Below, one piece after another: positions 46,801 through 61,800 of a stretch of DNA of 64,000 nucleotides. Every line of letters starts with the position of its first letter. Position 1 is the stretch's first letter. This DNA comes from Catajapyx aquilonaris (taxonomy: Eukaryota): contig KZ538199.1 in NCBI GenBank assembly GCA_000934665.2, positions 1-64,000 of the forward strand, read 5' to 3'. The position numbers and the translations under genes were made by a program. The notes under the pieces are model-generated. The model had not been told where the DNA came from and ran no database searches. It worked only from the letters and a program-made list of their open reading frames with translations.

Positions 46801-49800
46801 GTTTTTGTACCGGCGGGATGTAAAGAGAGGTGTATACACACGTTACTTGCACCTACGAAGTTGATGGCAGGGCGTTTGGGCTGACAAATTGCCGGCGTCT
46901 CCTTCAAGTATCGGGGAGCTCATAATGGGCCAATTAGAATATTGGGCAAGAAGCCGGGGCGGCGCGAGTAATGGATCGTGTTTAGCAAGTCCTCAGGCAC
47001 TTAAGAGCAACTTATGCGTGAAAGCTCCGGATTTATTGCCGGGGCCCCGCACGCATAAGGAGGAATCCGGCTCCTACGGTATATCACCAGGAATTACAAC
47101 TTCGCGTTTCCATTATCCTTCTAGGCCGCCGCTTTTTTTTTTTTTTAAACATAGCCTCCCTCCCTGGGTTTCCCTGTTACTTTGGCATCTACAAGGGGTT
47201 TAGGTTGATTTCTGAGTGCTCCCGTTAAAGTTTTTATTGCGGGCCCAAGGATGGTTTTGGTCCAAATGCCACGCTCGGGGACACTTAAGTCACAATGGTG
47301 CGGGACACACCATCCCCTTGCTAACATTACGGATAATCCCTCATTAGTGCCTTGTGTTTATCATCGGCAAGGAGAGGAAAGGATGGTTTACGGCCGCTTT
47401 TCGCTTGTAAAAATGGTTCGTGCACTTGCAGTCAGGCGCCATATATGGGCCGGCAGAGGCGTAATGGATTCCGTATATCATGTACGGGCTGGCGAATGCG
47501 CTTGTACCTTGGCAGGGACAGTGACGGTGATATTATAGCTCATATAATTGAGTAGGATGATTTACTTATTCATGAAACTGTCACACAGGGTTACGTAGGA
47601 AGTCGTGCGATTTAATGGATTTCCCTCGAATATTATGGGGGTCGACTGCCAGACACGAGTCTGGTCTGGTCCCTTTGGGAAACAATTGTAGTCGTTAGGT
47701 GGTTGTCGACATCGTTTGAAAGGTCGTGAAAAGCGATTTCCGAGAGAACATTTTGAAAGTGACGGCTGCTGGCCCATCCAAAAAGACATGCGCCGTTAAA
47801 CGCCGCGGCCATTCTTGCAGAGTTTGGGACATATTTTACATAGATGGACGTCGGCTTGGGAGTCAGTGTCCTTATTGGGCGCTTCAAAATGGCTGCCATT
47901 AGGGGCCAAAAGGCACGGATGGCGAGTGGGTGATAAGACGGAGGTGACTCAACGAACCCTGGCTGCCTTGCCGAGTCCGGAGGCCTCCGCAAGAACTGGC
48001 GAGGGGAGAGGAAAAATCCGTGGACTTGTTCCGGGAGTGTTTACGATGTCGTAAGGGGTCGAATGGGACAAGGGAGGTCATTGGTTGGGAAAGATGGACT
48101 TTGGTCTCCTGGCGGGTGGTTTGCTTTATGGAGGTCGTCAACGGCCTTCCGGGCCTTTCCTCCGGCCTTGTTTTTGCTCCCTCGTGTCTGGCTGGCTCTT
48201 CTTCAACTTCTTCTGGCTCAGGGAATGGATGAGGAGGATGGCCGTTTTCGGGCCTTTGCAATGGTCAGATCGCTTTGGATCCTCGTAAAGGTCAAGTGCA
48301 TGGAAGATACCGGGCGGTTGGCCAGTCCATGCTTATGCCCTGATTGGCCTCATTGTGGGTTGGGGGAGACGGTCATTTGCGAAATTCGTCTATGGGCGAG
48401 CGAATATGCCTTGTAATCAGACGACTGTATATGGCATGTGCTATATAGGGAACAATGTTAGACAAAGTCAGGCAGTAAGCACCTCGTAAAATGGAAGTGA
48501 ATTAGGAGCCGTGCACCTGTAGGGTTCGAGTGGAACTATCCGGTGCGTGCAGGCTGTGCACACAAGTGACAATAATGGGTCCTGTACATCCCGTTGTGAA
48601 AGTTGACATAAAAAGGCGAAAAACTCCGGGGATATCTCGCGTGACTTGTACCGGAGACTATTATAAGTGAGTCAGGACACGAAATCTCTCAAAGGGTTGG
48701 GTGTAAGACTTAGCTTGATCCCTTATAGTCGACCCGTTAATCTTGTGGCTGCACCCACAGAAGCGTGCCCTGCATGCGAAAAGATCGACAGGAAGTAATT
48801 GTCCATCTCAGGAGGTAACTCGGATGTATATTTTTATGTTTATGTGCCTTTCTCGCGCTTTTTTTTTTTTTTCTTTTGCGGAGGCGAGTGGGTTAGCTAT
48901 CTTGGGCATTATTTGGGAGGCAATTCTAATGGGAAAAGTCGGAACTGGTTGATTTGTGCTCTTGATGAATGAGGCTCATTCCAGCCTTGATGGGAGTGGG
49001 TGAGACGGGGGTGGGGAGCAAGGCACAGGAACCAAATCGACATTTTCCGCACAGGAAATATGTCCTGCTGGCATGCTCCAACCCACTCGTTTGTCACGGA
49101 CACCTGTCCAGAAGTCGATGTTTCAGCCCGTGAGATGCGTCACGTGGGTTCATACCACCAGTTTTTTTTCTCAAGAAATAAACAAGAAAAAAGTAGGCAT
49201 AATTATACCAGGATCTTGCAGTTGCAGTCGTGCATATACGGGCTATGATCATTAATGTCGAGAGCAGTGGGTGATTAGAGCACGTGTGCATATAAAACGT
49301 GATGGAAATGAATCTGTGCTAACCCCCCCCCCCCCTCACCTGCCAGTTCTCGTGAAAGGCCCCAAAGGAAAAGTGAGGAGGGGGATCTTGCTCCACACAA
49401 AAGGCTCCGTGAAGGCAAAAGAAACTCGAGCGCACTTTTCTTTAGAGAAGCAACCGGTCCTGCATGGTGCCGATCCAGGATAGGCCTCAAAGACTTCCTG
49501 ATGGATGGGTCAGGGTTTTTTTTTTTTTCTCCCGGGGGTCCATCCCCTACCCATGCACCTGGATTCATATAATATACGGGAGATTCATCCACACCCTTTT
49601 GATTAAGTCCTCATCGTTTGTCACCATGTCGCTATATATCCGGGTGTCCTTTCATCTCGGCTGGCTCATTACAGACTCTGGTTCTGGTCCAAAAGCACCG
49701 ACTCTTTTTCCTCGAATTATGTTTGCAGGGTGTATACTTTGGGGTGTGGGCTTCGGGATGGCTGCGGCAGCGGCTTCCCCATATCTCCTGTGGAGAGGTT

Positions 49801-52800
49801 GCTCCATAAATGGGCGAAGGGCGTTTGTTGAGAGTGGGAACCGCAATCCGACTCGTTTTTTTTTCGCACGATGAACGTCTGATTAGACTTGGGAGGGAAG
49901 TTTTACGAGAAACGTTTGGTGTCCTTCAGAGCAGGATTGGGGCGGGGTGGGTGGGTTGGGGTTGGATGGAAATCTCTGGATTTGCCCGGCAAGCACTGTT
50001 GCCGAGGAAGAAGCGACGCCAAGATTATGGCCCATAATCCAACTGGGCTAAGTAGTCTCCATTAAGTGGATCCTTCCAAATTGGCGCCATCAAAATTCCC
50101 AAATGGGATCAAACGTTGGGTAATCGCCGCCCTAAAGAAGATGCGGGTTGCATGCGCATCTTTTTTTTTTCCGTCTTCTCCCCTCCCCACCACCCCCCTG
50201 CGTTATCCATCGGATAGGAGATAGGAACTTCCCCCAACCTATGCATGCATAAGTCACGGCGGGGATGCTAGCCTTAAATCAGCAGTTTTTACCATTCATG
50301 GCCCACGTCAAAAATGACGGATGGTCCTGTGTTGTCGCTTGCGAGGTTTGTCCCAGAGCGGAATCGAGCTGCCATACCAAACACCCCACTCCCTCACCTC
50401 TCTCTCCCGCGGATTCCAATCAGAATTTGGGATGATGTGCGCCGGATTGATCCTCTTCTTTTGGGTGGAAACCCCCCGGTCCTCGAAACGCGACACATGA
50501 GCAAGCTTAAGGCAATTAGCGCTGGGAGTCCGGCTTAGCGTAATTGGATTCATGCGGGGATTGCCCCGTATATCCCTCGCGTACGGTAGATATAGACCGT
50601 AACCCAGATCACGGGTTGGTGCACTCGGAATAAATAATAAAAAAGCCGTCTGAAAAGAAGGCCTCTTGACTCGTCATTTGCGCCCTACCGCAATACAAGC
50701 AAGGCTGGATGCTCCTTGTCAATGGAGCAACATCAGCTCACATCCAGGGGGCCCTCTCAAACAACATATCCAATCACAGGATTCCTCTTCTGGTCTCCCC
50801 CTGATTTTTTTTTTCTATATCTGCATCTGACATGGCAACAATATGTCTGCCCTGAGATGCTCTCAGTGTTCCTGTCCATTTCCCATCGTCGGCCCTTCAT
50901 ATTATTTTTTTCAAGTGTATTGCATTTCGGGATTTTGGGGGTCTGGGAATGATGTCAAAATTATTTTGAATGTAGGCTATACCGTTTTTGCCCAAGATAT
51001 CTCCAGTTATTGCTGCTCGGAGGATAGTCCATGGTTGGATGATTTGTGATGATTGTTGTCAACATAAACATGACAATAGCAAGAATGCAGCATCCTCCAT
51101 GCATGGACCTGTGGTCTTTTAGGCTAGGTGTCGTTTGAACGGTATATAGTTACATTGAACTATTTCAGTGGGCGAGATTGTCTTGGACGGGAATGGTTTG
51201 GGCCCAGTGTTTCGTGACATTTTCCCAAAACACCTGAAAGGGCAGGTTGTCACATTAGCGGAATCGCACGGCGCCCGTGTGACTGCCTGAATCCCGCTGA
51301 CGTCATCTGAAGTTTCAGTTTCCGGCAGATTGGCAGGAAGCCGGTGTCGAACCGCATGAAAACTTGGAGACTTATCGTGTGGAGTGGGAAAAGACGAATG
51401 TTTGGGCTGACAAATCACCTCGTCCCTTCCGCTCAGCTTCCGTTTCTTCCGCGCTCTCCTTTCCGCCCAAATCACGCTTTTTTCCTGGGAAAAATACTGC
51501 TGACTCCCAGCTTGTTTTAATCTGGGCATTTTTCACGTTTCTTTGGTAGAGTCGCACCCCGCTGTGGGTGCATGCCTTTTTTTTCCCTGGGCGTTTTTCA
51601 GCGGGGGAAATAATCCGGCCTGTTATTGCTAGGGTCGAGGAAGCTTTAAAAAATCACAATATTAATAATCATGTAATAGTAGGGGACGGGAGCAATCACT
51701 GATTTGAACAGACTTGACAAGAGGTAGGCCCTCCCTTTCTATCGGCTTGAGAGGCTTATCAAGAATTCCATTAGTAGCTTGTTGAGGGATTCCAAGAAAG
51801 AGAGGGAAAAGGAGGAAAAAATGTAACCGGATTATCTCGTGTTGTGGGGGTGGTGCTTTTTTTTTCTTCCTTAGTTCCCTGGGGCTGCAATAACTCACCT
51901 TCTAGAATATTAAAGCAGAATCGTCGTTTTGGAAGTAAGGGACTTTCATTTCTTGGGAGGAAACCAGGCAGAATTGTAAAAATAATTGCTCTGAAAAGGC
52001 AGAGCATCCGGATTTTAATACCCAGTGTTGTGTACCGTACAGCAAACCATCGCATGAATTTGAGACTTTTCAAGATCCGACGCCGTTATGTCATGACTCA
52101 CGTTAGATTTCAGCACTAGTTGATTGATACCATATTTGATATTTCCACTGAATTTGACGCTTCTTGATTGCGGAATGAATCCCTCCGCAGATACAGTGTA
52201 TAGGGACACCGGGAGCGTTGCTGATCCATCTGTGATGGGCACAACAAGCAGTATCCGGGCATTCATCTTATTTGGGGTGGGGAGTCTTGTTATTCATGAA
52301 TGTGAGCGGAAGGTGGTCGCTGACGCCGGAAGCAGGCCATATTCAAAGGCAGCCGCCATCAATCATGCTTCCTCAGATCAATCACTTTTTGCTTTCTCTC
52401 ATTCTCCCTCTTCGGCACCCAATTCTCTCTCCGCCCCACTTGATCTGCTGGCTATCCCCGGCACCCTCGACACCACTCATGCCCGAAGTGACACTGGCCT
52501 CCCTCCCGGATTTTTCTTTTCCGGAACGTGCATGTGTGTGATCTGTATTTGTGTCATCCAAAGAGTTTTTTTAAACGGGGGGAGGCCTGCACTTATTTGA
52601 TTTTGGTGCGAGCTCCATGGGAATGGGCGAGGTGGTCGACGGATCAGATCGGATGTGGATCTGGAATGGAAAAAAATGAGTTTTGGCCTAATTCCGGGTC
52701 CAGGTGCTTGGATTCTCACGGGCGTGATGGATCTGCGATACGGACGACAAAATTACAAGCTAGGCGGTTCGAAAATAAATATCGAAAATCTGACGTGCAT

Positions 52801-55800
52801 TGGTAAATTTATTTCGGCTCTCTTGTTCGGAACGGTCAGTTTCCATAATATATTCAGTAGGCAACAATGACTCAACAATGTGTGACGTCAGTATACGATT
52901 CAAAGGTAGCTTGGCGCATGCATTTTACGCTTGAGATATGACCCTCGATCGAGCCTTTGTAGCGAGTGATATTTGTGTGTTAGGTGTCCGAGTGGTATGC
53001 CACCGAGCATAACATTGTATTGGGGGGCGGGGGGGATAGATCGAGGAGGGGGAGAGACCTTGTTGAGATTCTGGAACGGACAGGACGGTAACCTTAATTC
53101 GGGAAATCCTATCTGCGGAGATTGGGCCGGATTGTGACTCGCTTGGATTCTTCCCCTCGCACGCTGGGATAATTTCAATCAAGGAGCATTGGACTGAGCC
53201 GTGTCCAGCGACGAAATCCTGTAACAATCACACCATAATGGAGGGAAGAAAAATGATGAAGATGCTCTAGATCCGTAATCCTTGAGCATATAAGTGTGTA
53301 GTTTCGCTATCAAGATTGAGTTTGGGTTTTTTTTTTGCAAGCTTCTCTCTGCACATTTGGTTGCAGGACCGCACTTTTACGATATGAATGTTCCGGGTCG
53401 GAAGATAATCTGCATCGCAATATGGATGCTTTAGCCGGAGGCAGCAGACGTAATTCCTGTCCATTTCGCGGGATGTCCGAGGTTGGAGGCGAAGCCTGAC
53501 ATTGTGAACTTTCATTAACCATCAGAGATAAAGGGTTGGGAATGGTCGGCGATAAGCTTATTCAGCAGCGGCAGTGCAGAGGGACCGGACAGAAGCAGCA
53601 AACGAAGCCCTACAACAAAGGCACGGCGGCTTAGGTAGAAATGACAATGCCACCAAGAGGACACGTAATGAGTCGGAACAAAAGGGTCCATCTCGAAACA
53701 ATTAAGTGGCAGCTACATTATTTGCGGCGGAGAACAGCCAAGTGACAGGGGCTTCCAATCCTATATGCCACAGCATGCCGGAGCTCCGCCATTAATTTCC
53801 AGACTCATTTCCTATGAGCAGCCGAGATGGAATGATCACTCTTCATCTGTGGGCTCGCAGGAAAAGCTGAAATCATGCGGCGGGTCTTCACCTGACTCAA
53901 AGGGGTTCGACTTCCGTCGATGATCCATCGTGGCGGGGAGGCCGATCTTCGAGATCGTTGGCTTGATCCAGAGTGGTGGGTGTTTGTGTGAGACTGTATA
54001 CACATTGACAGTACAGCAGCGGGTTGGGGTAGCCTCAAAGCGGCCTATATACACCCTACACTTGACTAGTGTATCTGTTGGAGAGGGGAAGAAAGATTGA
54101 TGAGCGGCGTCATTAGGGCCTTATCGCGCCCCGATTTGTCCCCGAGTCACCCGCCCCAAATCACCATGGACACTAAATGGAGGACATCGTGCACTCGGAG
54201 GCTGCCGGAACGTGGTCTTCATTTGCGATCCCATTATGCAGCAGCCCTATGGACGTGACTCCACTTCCCTACTGCCGACTTACTCCGATCTGTCATCATC
54301 ATTCAGATGTGTGTTTACTTGGGGGTCAGCTGCTGTCCGGCGACCTGTTTTGCCCGATTTGATACTTGCTAGCAAACACCAGAACCTGTTGTGGAGCGTT
54401 GTTTGCAATTCGCATGTATACTCCCCGGTATAAGGTTGTTTAAAAAAATTATACGAGAGGTTCCGTGGGTACATGAGCATGCAGTTGGCAATATTTGGCA
54501 TAAAGGCTAAGAATAGCCTGTGAAGTAATGAGCAAGCGGAGTCCGACCGTGTGCGTATGGGTGGGCGGATTGGCGCGTGGGCCATATGTGGGAAGAATGA
54601 TGGTATCATATAGCAGTTGGACATGTCCGTAATTGCAGCACGCGTCCACCCACATGACTTGTCCACATAATCACTCACTGCGTTTTTAGTGGGTGCAAAT
54701 TACATGCTGCTAATCCTGCCCCTCATTTTCTGCCATCATGTCGACTTAATAAGTACAATATTGGCAGCAATTTTCCTTCGGAGGGGCCACGTTTCATATT
54801 TAGGCTAGCGTCTGAAAAATGGGTATAAAGTAGTGTGGCTGCCCCCCCCCCTCCCCCCCCAGAAAACACAAGCTGGTGATCTATGGCGCACCTGCACCAA
54901 TTCCAACCCCCGCCACCGATCCGGGCTGCGTTTGGAAGCCATATTAAACAGCATATGCAGAGGGCGCGATCCGGGCTCTAGAGGGTTAGGCAATGATGAT
55001 GGCAGTCATTGTTCGGATGGCTGGCTTTATTTGCCGCGCCTAATGATCCAAAATGACTGACAATTCGAGGAGGAGGAGGAAGAGCTCGGTGCTGCTGGAT
55101 TGGGACAGAGCTGGAGCGGCTCTCTGGACCCCATGGACAACAGTTGTTGGGTAGGGAGTGGGTGGGAGGGAGGGGGGGGGGACTGCTGCTGATGCCTAAT
55201 GATGCCCCCCTCAATGGAGTTAGTGAGCGAATGAGTGCTGGCGGAAAAAAAGGGGAAAAAATCCGATATGTCATGATGGGTGGGGGGTGAAGGAGATCGC
55301 CCTCCCCATAATCAGCCATTATTCATTCCCACCACTCGATCGGCTCGCGTTGGAACAAAGCCGCGGGCTACCAGGGCAGGTGCCACTAATTAACCCGCGC
55401 CCCCCACCCTCCCACCTCGACGCACCCCAATGCACACTCTTGTCTACAAATCACAATATCGACGTATCCGTGAAAATTCGGGGGCTTGACCATATGCTGA
55501 AAAGGTTAGGACCTGTTCGAAAGTGGCATACGTCGCACTTGTTGGTAGCAAGTAGTACATAGCCGCTTCCTAAAGTTATACAATCTGGCCTGTATTGCCG
55601 TCTAGGGAGCCGTAATGATCCGAAAGCGTTTGGGGAAAGAAAGAAAAAACGCGGCGTGACGTCACGAAGTGAGACACCATATGTGAGGAGGCGACAACCT
55701 TACGGTCCAGTGGACAGCGCTTAAAGGACGTCAATTGGCGTTTGGGGTGACAAGTAATGGGAAGACATTGGCTCACCCTCTCCTTTTATTTTATTAATGC

Positions 55801-58800
55801 TCGCTGGAAGTTAGGTTGGGGGGTCGCGGAGTTTGTGAGGAAGGGGGGCGAGGAAAGAGACACAATTCATTTGAATATTGGGGGGAGGGGGGGGGGTTGG
55901 ATAGTGGCGCTGTTTCCGGCCAATTTGCATGGGCAGGGCGACTTTGGCAGCGCCTTCCGCTTGCCTGTCGGGTCTCTTTTAATGCGATTGGACAGGCAGA
56001 AGGAGACGTACGTATGTGTTGCAGGGTGCTGTGGTGTTAGGGGACAAGGGTGGGGTTGGGAGCTTTTCAGACCTGATCCCTTTGAGGTTTGACTGCTGGC
56101 GGGATGGGGGTGGGCAGGACGTCTTTTTCGGAAATCAAGGGATGATTTCATGTGGGACAGTAGGCTTCGGAATGGCTTTTTGCCCGCTGAGCACCAGTTC
56201 AGGCGCTCACGCCGATTTGCATCCAGGAACTCGTCGCTTCCGACACTCTTTGTGATTATTTTTATTGGGGAGGCTGTTCATTTGGAGGGCCTGTCGCGGG
56301 GAAGTGCTAAATATCAGGCAGGAGCTTCCTAGTGCCGTTAAACAATAACAGGGCTATGGCTTTATGGCCAAAAACAATATTGCGTCATTTACGGGAGGCT
56401 GGGCTGAAGGATGGGGTGGACGATCGAGCACGTGCGGTGTTGAGTTAAATATGTGCTGGGGTTTTACGCGCGAGGTGTCACCTTGTATGAATGAGACAAT
56501 GCCTGGGTCGCGATTTACGAGGCTTGATTTCGTCTTGTAACTGCACATCGCAACTCATACGAAGCCATTATGCTTGTTCATTGTCAGGTTACAAAATGTT
56601 ATACAACATGCACTGATCATGTGACAGACCTCACAAGGGCTGTAAATAAAGATGTACACATTGTACAACACCTAATAGCGTGTGACTTTGTAGACGACAT
56701 GTCAACATTTAATTCGACCTGCTTAAGTCACATAATTATACGACAACATACAGACATGCTCGGTGCGCGCGTATTTGAGCATATATGCTGATACAATAAG
56801 ATCCCATCAGCACGTCGTGGGCGGGAGAAAATTGTGACCGAAATGTAGTAAAGGTGGGACAAACAAAATATGCAGTTAGGCTGAGCGATTGAGTTGCAGA
56901 TAATGGTGGAAGAATGGCTGAATCACTTACTATACGTATATCTGAGCACAAGCGGCCGAAACGCGTATAAATAAGCAAATGGCGTGCACGTCACGCATAG
57001 GTGCAGCCCCTCGGGGTAAATAATAAAAAAAGGCATAACGCTCTGGTCAAAGGTGAGACAGACGGCGCATTTGCGTGTTAGATTCATTTTTGCTGCTCTG
57101 CATATACGGAAGGGGGGAAACAATTGCAGGTTTAGACAGGAAGGACGTTCCCGCTTTTGCTGATTGACTCGAGACATATCGGTCTTGCGATCTGAGATAC
57201 GTAACATGTGCGTCACTTTGTTAGGCGACTATACAACTTTTTGATTCATTAGGTTGCTCGCCAAATAAAATGGCATTGTATAGTGGGCTGTTAACGGCGT
57301 GGGGGCAGTGTAAATTGACTTTAAATGGGGGTGTGCAATTATTTATCCGGTAAATAAATATAAACATTATGATTGTGACTTCTTCTGAGAAGTCTATCGA
57401 GGTCACTGCTTGCTACTGATGGTTCACTTTTATTAATCCTCTTATGGGACGTTTATGGGATAAGCACACTAATGGTGGGCTAATACTCCCGGGCTGTCCA
57501 GTAGAGAGGGTTGTTCCTCCCCCTAACCTGCTTCATGCTTAGTGTTCACAATGTGCCAGGTCTCCAAGAGGGTGATTTGAATCTACTTTGATACCATGAA
57601 AAATGCTTCGGGTCACTACTTTGAAAATCCTCTGAAGAAAAACGCCTCGCGAATTAATTTTGGTGACATGTACGTACAACAACAAAAAATGGATGGCAAT
57701 ATATCATGCGTGCGGTGCAATGGGTTGACACTAGAAGAGGGCCATAGTTCAAGTCTCGAAAGGCTGAGTAGGCACATGGTTTGGAGCAGGCAGGAACTTG
57801 AAGGGGATAAAAATGGATGGGTGGTCGGAAATAATAACAAGCATCTCTGTGGAGCCCAATAATAATAAGCACGTGAAGGAGAGCATTCTGGACAGACATG
57901 TGGAAGTGTAATCAGGTTGAACCACCAGCCCAGTTATCATTTGGAAGAAGAAGAAAAAAAAGCTAATCTCATCTGCGTGAGTAGCATCCTTGGCCTCCTT
58001 TGCTATTGTCAAGTATACGCTCGGAAAGAGAAAAAAATATCTTTGGAAAGGGGGGTGGGAGGTGGGGAGGAGAAGAAAAAAAAAAGGGTCCTTTGTGAGT
58101 GAGCGAATCTGCATGTGAATCGAAGCAGGATCGCCTGGAGAGATCCTTCAACCGGCATCTTCGGCCACAATTGGCTGTGTTTGTTATTCTATCCGCATTG
58201 CATCCACGCAGATGGACATTGGCCATTCAACCTCTTTTTTTTTTTTTCCTATCTACGAATTTTTTGAGGGGGGTGCTGCGATATTTCAGGGCTTGTTTAG
58301 AGGAAGAAAGAGAAAGCAAATCCAATTTTGTCCAGGGGGTTGTGATTAGATTACGACGACTCGATGGATACACCCACGTGACCAGGACTCTGTCAAAGTC
58401 GAATTCTTTTAAGCCTAAGAAAAGGACGTTCGTGTAGTGTTTACAGTACTGTATATGTGGAATTGCCCGTGTTTACAAGCAATATTTTTGATATCTGACT
58501 TGGGTGGATAGGTAGCACGAGTTCATTTCGAATGTGGCGTAATTACGGCCTGCTGGCACCTGTTGAAAGGAGGTCCTTTTGGCGTGGGATTAATTATTGC
58601 TATCAGAAATCACTTTTATGACGTTACAGCTTAATTGAGCAGGGTTGGTTTGTTGGGGGGGAGGGGGGGGGAGGGAAAAAAATCAAGTTGCGCGCGCTTG
58701 AACTCCGCGTTCCACATGAAAAGCAGTAACGACGCGGCCCCCAAAATAAGTCGCACCGATATGAAATACGGCTCGGGGTCACGCACGTTTGTGCGCTATG

Positions 58801-61800
58801 CCTTGTGTCGTGAGGGGGCATTAAAGGTGCTGGCCTAGCCCCAATTTGGTGGGTATTGGAGAGGGTGGGGGGTACAAAGGGGGAGGGAGGTCCACGTGGC
58901 AGCAGGCACTCTTTTGACACATTGCCTGCTGCTACTAATTACCTCCTAATGTGCCATTCTCACGTGCCTTGTGCTCGAATGCCCTCTTGTCTCACCTGTC
59001 GCGCTCTGGCCAGCACGCGTTTCCTTGCTCCATCAACACTTTTGGCCATGATGAGACGAGGTGCCATGCTAGTGTCCTCACCAGTGGGGGACAGATGGTC
59101 GCACCTTAGCACTAGCATAGAGAACAATTTGAGGGAAGGAAAAAAAATCAATTGCAGAATTTCCCCACGTGGTTCGATTTTTTTTTTTTTTTTTTTTTTT
59201 GCTGAGAATGAGGATGGGGGAAGGAATAGGGGAGAGGGGGAAGCGAATAATTTTGGGTGCATCTCCAGCCCCTCTTTTGGGCGTCAACTAAGTGTCGAGG
59301 AGCTGTCGGGGGACATTGTGTCATTAGAGAAGAGTGCAGTCTGACGGCCACCTCCTTTTTTCTCTTTAATAACCAANGGTTGTGTCGTCCCCCCACCCCC
59401 CACCCCCATGACACTCCCTATTGTGTTTTGGGGGCGCATAAAAGCCCGTGCTCGTTTGAGCATGGCGCCAACAAATTAATTGCTTAATTCCCAAAGTGAT
59501 TTAATTAGCGCTCTTACGCATCCGCACGTGAAGAAGAGTGCCTTTCAGCCACCGCATTTCCGACGGTTCACTTGTTAGCCAATGGGCCAATTTGGGGAAT
59601 GTGTGTCCAGATATGTCGCCAGAAATTGTTGTGGATGGACGGTCGAAGTGGTGGTTTCCGTGCGTTCATTTGCTAATGACGAAAATCGCTCACACACTCG
59701 TGGAAGTTGTGAGTAAGGGCGTATATGCAAAGTATCTTTGTAGTGCAGTTAGCCAGGGGCAGATATGTCCGGCCGTGTGAAAGACGACAGTTGCCAGTGT
59801 TGTTTCGGGCACCTCCTTGGCCGCGGGGTCACATCTGCTCCGACCAACGAACCGACCATCCGAATTACGCGGACCAGTGACTCCCACTGCCCTTATTCCT
59901 ATTCTGTGTTCTTTGTGCGGACCCAGTTCCACAAACACGCTTCCGATGCGATTTTCACAGGCGCCCCGAGGCAACCCCAGTTTTCCTATCAACTGTTCTG
60001 ATAGTACGGATTTTTATCCCCCTATGCCATTTTTCCGGGGGGGGTTTTCTTTTGGAGGGTTTGGGATTTTTTTTTCCATTTTTTGAGCGGAATATGCACA
60101 GTGGGTTGTTGGGAAGAAAAATGGAGCAATGATGGTTTGCAAGGTGACGTGTTCCGACTTATATGGGAGGTGGGAGTGCTGCTACATTTCGAGTAGTTGA
60201 ACTCCAATTATGATAATAGCTCCTTAATAGGATAAAGAGTTGGTAACAATATGGTTGATGATTGCCCAGTGGTTTCTAAGCGAGCCATCTGCTGACCACC
60301 CGATATTAATTCACGGATAATTTGCGAAGAGTTTTGCGAGGGGATTCCCGGGGCGCATGCGTCCCCCGTTTTTTTTATATTTTTTGCGCCAGTCATACGC
60401 ACATGTGACATATGTTGAGCCTCGCCCATATAATTATAGGCGTACGTATGAAATAATCCAATTGTAAAGAGATAGTTGCGCGGAAACTCGTGAAAAATTG
60501 TCCTAATCTCCTTCGTAATCAGTTCTCCGAATTTATACCATATTAGTGACATGCTTTCTGTTTTTTTGCCGTTTTTTTTTTCTTCTTTGCGATGATGGCA
60601 CCAACCCGCTTATTAACTTACGCACTGCTCATTTTTTTTCACCACACGTCACCGCATATTTTTTTGACTCTTCCCGAGGGGGCGTCCTGATCATCAACGT
60701 TACGCGAATGTAATTGCGATTAATGAGGAGGACTCACGGCCAAGAGTGGAATTTTTTATTGCTAGTAGGCATGCTACTAGGCAAATTTCAGTGGTGGAAA
60801 TGAGTGGGTTTCAAGGCTTTTGGACTGTTGTATTTAACCTCCAATCGCATTTTTTTTGCGTGTTTGATGGCGCTAAACGACAGACGTTAATGTGTATTGA
60901 GATTTATGTGAACCAGAGCTTTAGATTATTGAAAATTACGTGATATATACACAGCATATGATGATGAATCAAATATGGTCGGTCCTTATAGGACCCAAAC
61001 ATGGTGTTGGTCCGTGGTACAATTGTTTTAGTTGGATGCACTGTAACATTGCGCGCATGATGAATAGACACTGTGGAGACATTAATTTAAGCACATGTAA
61101 CTCATAGCATGTGGGGACAATATTACGAGATTTATATGCCTGCATGAGTGGGCGAGGGATAATTTCCACTGGGAAATAACGACTTGGGTCGCAATTTGCG
61201 GGAGTTCAGGAAATGAGTGTTGAATGTTTGGATCCTCGGAACGAAAGGACGGAGTCAAATCAATTCTGGGGGAGAATCGAGAAGGATCATTTATCAGAAT
61301 GTCGTGTCCCGGATCAGCGTGTAAGTCCAGGGTACATCCACTCCCGACTGATGAAATTTCCTGGGCAGATATACACATGTCGCAAATCACGCCTTCACTT
61401 TCGGATGGGGAGAGAATAAGAAAAGAAAAGGAACTGCTACCGGATTCAACATGCTGGGCACGCATTATTGCGCTTCAGGGCTAGGGGAAAAAAAAGCAGC
61501 ATGTTATACAGTAACTTGCTTGACTGAAAACCCAAGTTGTAATACTGTAGTAGTAGCAGTTTTTGTGGCAAGAGAAGATGTGGTCACGTCCAGCAAGAAG
61601 TGTCCCGAGGCTACTGGTCAGCTTATCCTGGCCCATAATTACCTCAACCGGTTAGGTAGTTTTTTTCTGTACTTTTTTTTGTGTAACTGCTTGGCGGCTA
61701 CTGTGCTACCCTTCACGTCATGACTTCCACGAATTGCTCGCGCCCAACCCTGTCATTACTCACTTCTCGAGCATATCATATTGGTTCAACCCTGGCCTCC

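Noticed and set aside
47880..48300. 120-aa minus-strand ORF (EPEEVEEEPAR...) as a nested gene
   Set aside because: No recognisable domain or clear splice structure; more likely TE-derived or chance.
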